Below are positions 59,459-64,000 of a stretch of 64,000 nt of DNA, piece after piece. Position numbers and translations under genes: made by a program. Numbering within the stretch: position 1 is the first letter of the stretch; every line of letters starts with the position of its first letter. This DNA is from Fibrobacteria bacterium (GTDB taxonomy: Bacteria > Fibrobacterota > Fibrobacteria > UBA11236), in the NCBI GenBank assembly GCA_043745805.1, contig JAYTSD010000017.1, positions 128,001 through 192,000 on the forward strand. Reading direction: 5' to 3'. The notes below the pieces were generated by a model. The model had not been told where the DNA came from and did not search any database. It saw only the letters and a list, made by a program, of their open reading frames with translations.

Positions 59459-60528
59459 AAATTTATTCGCGCTATATTTTCAAAAGCTTTTTAGGGCTTT
59501 TTATACTGTGCTGTTTTAGTGCGGTCTTAATTTTTGTGGTCGTAGATTTTGTAGGCAATAGCAAAGAATGGCTAGCACGCCCACATCGAGAAATTTATCT
59601 ATACTACATGTATTATTTGCCGCATATTCTCTATTTAATATTGCCTATCGCTTTATTGCTGGCCGCTGTTTTTTCGGTGGGCAATTTAGCTAAACATCTA
59701 GAGCTAGTGGCGCTTAAAGCGGCCGGACTTTCGGTATTCACTATTTTGTTACCTATACTTTTTTTTGGAATCCTTTGCAGTGCGGGAATGTTCTATGTGG
59801 AAAATCGCATTTTGCCGGATGCCAATCATAAGCGTTTTAAAATTAATGAACCGAAGAGTCAAGACAGTGATAATGCCGAATCGAATGAAAAATTCAATTA
59901 TATCTATACGGGTTCGGATGGCTTTCAATATTATTTTGAATATTTTTCTGGCAATAAAAAAATGGGTCAAGGGATAACCATATTAAAACATCATCATGGT
60001 CTTTTGTTTGAGCGCTACGATGCACGGAGTATGTATTGGGAAGGCCATAATTGGAAATTAACGGATGGCATACATCGGACCTTTAATGACAAAGGCTTAC
60101 AAGCCGAAAGCTTTAAAGAAGTCACTCTGTTGGATTTTAAGGATCAACCTAAAGATTTAATGGATGAAAGAGTTTATCCCGACGAAATGAGTTTGCAAGA
60201 AATTCATCGCCGAATTTCCATTTTGAGTCGAACGGGTGAATCAACCCGCGCTTTGGAAACGCAAGGGCATTTTCGATTTGCCAGTGCCTTAGTCAATTTT
60301 TTTATGGTGCTTATCGGTTGCGCCTTAGCCGTAAATACTATTAAAACTGGCCTTGCGCGTAATTTTGGATTCGCTTTGTTAATTACCTTCCTTTATTATA
60401 TCGCTTTGAGAGTAGGTTTGGTTATGGGAGAAAACGGCGCATTAACCCCTTTGGCGGGTGCTTGGTTTGGCAATGCTTTATTTGCCCCACTGGGACTATT
60501 TTTTCTTTGGAAAGCCGCGCGCACATGA
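59455..60528 (+). CDS. lptG: LPS export permease LptF/LptG family
   Basis: RYI.K.F, ELVALKAAGLS, L.P...AW..N. ATGA overlap. Confidence 0.85.
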   Translation: MKIYSRYIFKSFLGLFILCCFSAVLIFVVVDFVGNSKEWLARPHREIYLYYMYYLPHILYLILPIALLLAAVFSVGNLAKHLELVALKAAGLSVFTILLPILFFGILCSAGMFYVENRILPDANHKRFKINEPKSQDSDNAESNEKFNYIYTGSDGFQYYFEYFSGNKKMGQGITILKHHHGLLFERYDARSMYWEGHNWKLTDGIHRTFNDKGLQAESFKEVTLLDFKDQPKDLMDERVYPDEMSLQEIHRRISILSRTGESTRALETQGHFRFASALVNFFMVLIGCALAVNTIKTGLARNFGFALLITFLYYIALRVGLVMGENGALTPLAGAWFGNALFAPLGLFFLWKAART

Positions 60529-62276
60529 GATTAGGCCTAACCTTTTGCTTGTTCGCTTTAGGATGGGCATTAGGTAGAGGTTACTGGATTTTCGCTTTAA
60601 TTGTTGTAATATTTGTTGCGATAATTATTTATTTGTTTAATAAAAAATCGTCATTTTTTAAGAAGAGCAAAAACCCAGTTGAGCCCAATAATGAACCGGA
60701 AACGAAATCGTTTTTAAAAACGCAAAGCGCTTCTGCCAATCCAGAAAGCACGGGAAAACCAGGCCCGGCTTTGCGTGAAGATCGTAAAAAAGCCTTGCGC
60801 GATGTAGAAGAACAAATTGATATCTTGCTATCCGATGGCCTCACTTTATTGAAACAAACTTTGGATAAAACCTTTACTTTAGCGGTCTTTTTCCCCAGCC
60901 GTGACGGCGGCGTGTATTTACGATCATGGATTTCGGAAAGCGAATCTTTAATTGGTGGAGCGACTTTACAAAGTAATCAGGGATTAGCTGGTAAGCTATT
61001 GAAGGATGATATTACGCGTGTATTAGAAGGTGATATTATTACCGATTCCACGCAATTGCATTATTATGCAGCAAATGAAGGCATAAATTCTTTGGCTGGT
61101 GTACCTATTTTGGTACAGGGATCGCGCCGTGGAGCAATTTTAGTCGACAGCTTGGAAAAGCAAGCCTTTGATAATCACACCATTGAAAACCTCGAAGAAT
61201 TTGCGCGCTTAATTGGTCACCTTGTTTATTATGCCTATTTGTCTTGTGAAAATGCGCATCAACGCGATCAGCTTATTGCGCTTAGTCAATACCAACGGAA
61301 ATTTTTGGAGAATATGTCGCTCGATAATATTCTATTACATGTGCGCGAGTATATGACACAGAGTGTAGAAGGCGAACGCTTTATGGTTATTGCTCGCCAA
61401 GAAGAAAATTCGCAGGCTGGTAAAGTGATTAGCTGCGAAGGCGTGGGCACAAAATTCTTTCAAGATCTTTATTTTGATTTTTCGGAAAAAGGTTTAATCT
61501 CTTTAGTCTTTGAAAAAGAACAAATTATTAATCGAAGTTTTCAGGGGTTTGAATATACACCTCGCTTTGGCAGCAAAGAAAAACCCGATCCACAATGGTC
61601 TTGTCTCATGGCAGTTCCCGTGCATACAGATCAAGGTGTGGATATGGCGCTAATGGTGGAAAGCTCACGCTTAAAACGTTATTCGGAATATCAACAGGCC
61701 ATGTTGCTCACTATCGCAAGAGCCATGGGATTTGCCCTTTCGCGTGCGCGCCTCTATCAAGAAAAAGAACACCTAGCGAGTCGCGATGGATTGACTGGCG
61801 TACAAAACCGTCGCGTTTTTAATGAACAATTTCAAAAGGAAATTCTTCGGGCTCAGCGGCAAGATGTGCAAGTTGCGGTGCTTATGATGGACATCGATCA
61901 TTTTAAAAAAGTAAATGACACTTATGGGCATGCCGCCGGTGATTTGGTCTTAAAAGAAGTGGCGGGTATTTTGTCGCAAGCGGTACGCGCAGGAAGTGAC
62001 ACTTTAGCGCGTTTTGGGGGCGAAGAATTTGTGTGTTTACTGACGGAAACTACACCTAGTCGAGCAATGGAAACGGCTGAGCGGATTCGACATAGCGTGG
62101 CACAAAAAAGTTTTGATACCGGAAATGGAATACCTTTTCAAGTCACCATTAGTATTGGTGGCGCTATTTTTCCTGATGATTCGCGTCATGGAAAAGAGCT
62201 TTTAGAAAAAGCCGATAAGGCGCTGTATAAGGCAAAGGAAAGCGGACGCAACCGCGCTATATTTTATAATGGCTAA
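60525..62276 (+). CDS. Membrane-anchored GAF-GAF-GGDEF diguanylate cyclase
   Basis: N-terminal TMs, GAF-like SLAGVPI and LMAVPV, DGLTG..NRR, DIDHFKKVND.YGH..GD, RFGGEEF. Confidence 0.9.
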   Translation: MRLGLTFCLFALGWALGRGYWIFALIVVIFVAIIIYLFNKKSSFFKKSKNPVEPNNEPETKSFLKTQSASANPESTGKPGPALREDRKKALRDVEEQIDILLSDGLTLLKQTLDKTFTLAVFFPSRDGGVYLRSWISESESLIGGATLQSNQGLAGKLLKDDITRVLEGDIITDSTQLHYYAANEGINSLAGVPILVQGSRRGAILVDSLEKQAFDNHTIENLEEFARLIGHLVYYAYLSCENAHQRDQLIALSQYQRKFLENMSLDNILLHVREYMTQSVEGERFMVIARQEENSQAGKVISCEGVGTKFFQDLYFDFSEKGLISLVFEKEQIINRSFQGFEYTPRFGSKEKPDPQWSCLMAVPVHTDQGVDMALMVESSRLKRYSEYQQAMLLTIARAMGFALSRARLYQEKEHLASRDGLTGVQNRRVFNEQFQKEILRAQRQDVQVAVLMMDIDHFKKVNDTYGHAAGDLVLKEVAGILSQAVRAGSDTLARFGGEEFVCLLTETTPSRAMETAERIRHSVAQKSFDTGNGIPFQVTISIGGAIFPDDSRHGKELLEKADKALYKAKESGRNRAIFYNG

Positions 62277-62294
62277 AAGGAAATAAAGAGGGCT

Positions 62295-63794
62295 ATGTTC
62301 GGAATCTGGGATTGGGCTGTAGTAGCCACTTACTTTGCTGGAATTGCTTGGATTGGTTTTTACTTTTCCAATAAAAGCAAAAATTATTCAGAGTTTATGT
62401 TTGGTGGCGGGAGCATGCCTTGGCTGGCCATAGGTATTTCTTTAATTGCAACTTCAGTAAGTGCCACCACATTTTTAGGTGAGCCGGCGGATGCTTATGC
62501 CAATGATATGAGTTTGCTCATGCTTAATTTTGGAGCTCTCTTGGCCATTTTAATTATTGGAAAAGTTTTCATTCCCCGTTTTCGGGCGGCCGGAATTCGC
62601 TCGGCTTATGAGTTATTAGAATTGCGTTTTTCGCGTAAGGTACGTCTCTTGGCCGCTACGCTTTATTGCGGACATTTATTATTACGTACCGGTATCTTAG
62701 TTTATGGTCCCTCGCTTGTGCTTTCAAAAATTATGCATGTGCCGATGATAGTCGCTATTGGAATGATCTCCATTGTAGCTATGCTCTATACTTTTTTTGG
62801 AGGTATTAAGGCCGTTACTTGGACCGATGTGATTCAGTTTTCCATTTTCTTTGGAAGTGGAATTGCGGCTTTATTATTTGTGGCCCACGCCGTGGGATCC
62901 TTTGGCGAAACCTTATCCTTGGCTGCGCAAGCGGGAAAAACCCATTGGATAGATTTTCACTTTGATCCGCATAGCGCCCGCAATATATGGTCGGCTGGCA
63001 TGGCCTATATTGTTTTTGAAGTGGCCATACGTGGCTGCGATCAACAATTTGTGCAACGTTACCTCTCGTGCAAAAGTGTAAAGGAAGCCAATTATTCTTC
63101 CACGAGTTCGGTTTTTTTAGGTGTGGCAGTGGGTTGTATTTTCTTTACTTTGGGCGCTTTTCTTTATGTTTATTTCCAAGTTAAAAAGGTGGAAATTCTT
63201 CCCCCTATGGGCGTGAATGAAGTATTCCCCTATTTCATTCTAAATATTTTACCCACGGGTTTTAAAGGTCTTTTGGTAGCAGCCATTTTTGCTGCGGCTA
63301 TGGGTGCCCTTAGCTCTGCCTTTACAGCCTTGTCGAACACCGCTGCAATTGATTTATTTCCCCGTAAAGAAAATACCAGTGGTGAAGTCAGTCTTTGGCA
63401 TGCTAAAAAATGGGTATTGATTTGGGGAGCTATTAGCACATTAACAGCTTCGCTTTGTGCCTTAGGCAATGTTTCTTTATTATCGAAAGCTTTATTCTTT
63501 ACTTCGCTTTTTACCGGTCCCCTTTTAGGCATGTTTTTATTAGCCTTCTTTGCCCCCTTTGTTAAGCCTTTGGCCGTTATACTTGGCGTCTTTGCGGGCA
63601 TAGCTGCTTTATTACCTTTTTTACAAATCCCTATCTTTCCCGATTTATGGTGGAAGCCAATTTATGCTTTTGCTTGGCCTTGGAATCCTTTAATCGCCTT
63701 AAGTGCAATGCTCGTAACGTCCTTGTTACTTAATTTGGTTTTACCGAATCAAAAAAACCAGCAAAAAGATCAGCGGAGAGAATTATATGCTTGA
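62295..63794 (+). CDS. Sodium:solute symporter (SSS family)
   Basis: MPW.AIG.S..AT..SA.TF.G.P, SAYE.LE.RF, GGIKAV.WTDVIQ, DQ..VQRYL. Confidence 0.92.
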   Translation: MFGIWDWAVVATYFAGIAWIGFYFSNKSKNYSEFMFGGGSMPWLAIGISLIATSVSATTFLGEPADAYANDMSLLMLNFGALLAILIIGKVFIPRFRAAGIRSAYELLELRFSRKVRLLAATLYCGHLLLRTGILVYGPSLVLSKIMHVPMIVAIGMISIVAMLYTFFGGIKAVTWTDVIQFSIFFGSGIAALLFVAHAVGSFGETLSLAAQAGKTHWIDFHFDPHSARNIWSAGMAYIVFEVAIRGCDQQFVQRYLSCKSVKEANYSSTSSVFLGVAVGCIFFTLGAFLYVYFQVKKVEILPPMGVNEVFPYFILNILPTGFKGLLVAAIFAAAMGALSSAFTALSNTAAIDLFPRKENTSGEVSLWHAKKWVLIWGAISTLTASLCALGNVSLLSKALFFTSLFTGPLLGMFLLAFFAPFVKPLAVILGVFAGIAALLPFLQIPIFPDLWWKPIYAFAWPWNPLIALSAMLVTSLLLNLVLPNQKNQQKDQRRELYA

Positions 63795-64000
63795 GCTTCC
63801 CGACGATAATTTTTTCATGCAACATGCCATTCGTGAAGCGGAATGGGCTTATCGCGAAAGAGAAGTGCCGATAGGTTGTGTAATAGTCAAAGAAGGCATC
63901 ATAATTGGTAAAGGCTATAATCGCGTAGAAGCTTTACATGATCCCACTGCACATGCCGAAATCATTGCTATTGGAGCGGCCTGCAATCAATTAGAGAATT
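63787..64000 (+). CDS. tadA: tRNA adenosine(34) deaminase, 3'-truncated (not in the ORF track)
   Basis: MLELPDDNFFMQHAIREA...EVPIGCVIV...GYN.VE..HDPTAHAEIIAI. Confidence 0.88.
   Translation, partial: MLELPDDNFFMQHAIREAEWAYREREVPIGCVIVKEGIIIGKGYNRVEALHDPTAHAEIIAIGAACNQLEN

Noticed and set aside
955-63601. Numerous short ORFs nested in or antisense to well-supported genes (for example 1505-1852, 17929-18366, 28075-28614, 29293-29769, 36698-37153)
   Set aside because: Alternative-frame shadows with no motifs or RBS.

Overview
AT-rich bacterial chromosomal window. Fibrobacterota is the likely source (inference from a fibro-slime protein and FlgD/T9SS-like C-terminal tails). Most of it is housekeeping and envelope genes: trmB, gatB, rho, ugd, ligA, cysM, a GldAFG-like ABC module, the pdhABC-lpdA-lipoate ligase operon, msrAB, yihA, recR, a MoxR/Bat cluster, miaA, thpR, bamD, cpoB, lptFG, a GGDEF protein, a Na+/solute symporter and partial tadA. 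Four things stand out. (1) A near-canonical 28-bp dif (XerCD) site at 26051-26078, with KOPS-like octamers converging on it, so this window is probably the replication terminus. (2) Directly beside dif, a two-gene toxin-antitoxin-like islet: an MqsR-like small protein plus an MqsA-like Zn-ribbon fused to tandem ribbon-helix-helix domains. (3) A surface locus with a catalytically degenerate patatin/Omp85-like protein followed by two giant secreted proteins that carry different heads (fibro-slime vs vWA) on a homologous modular stalk and C-terminal domain. (4) A ~300-nt, multi-hairpin leader upstream of rho. No rRNA, tRNA, CRISPR array, integrase or transposase was recognised. All calls are by eye from motifs; no searches were run.
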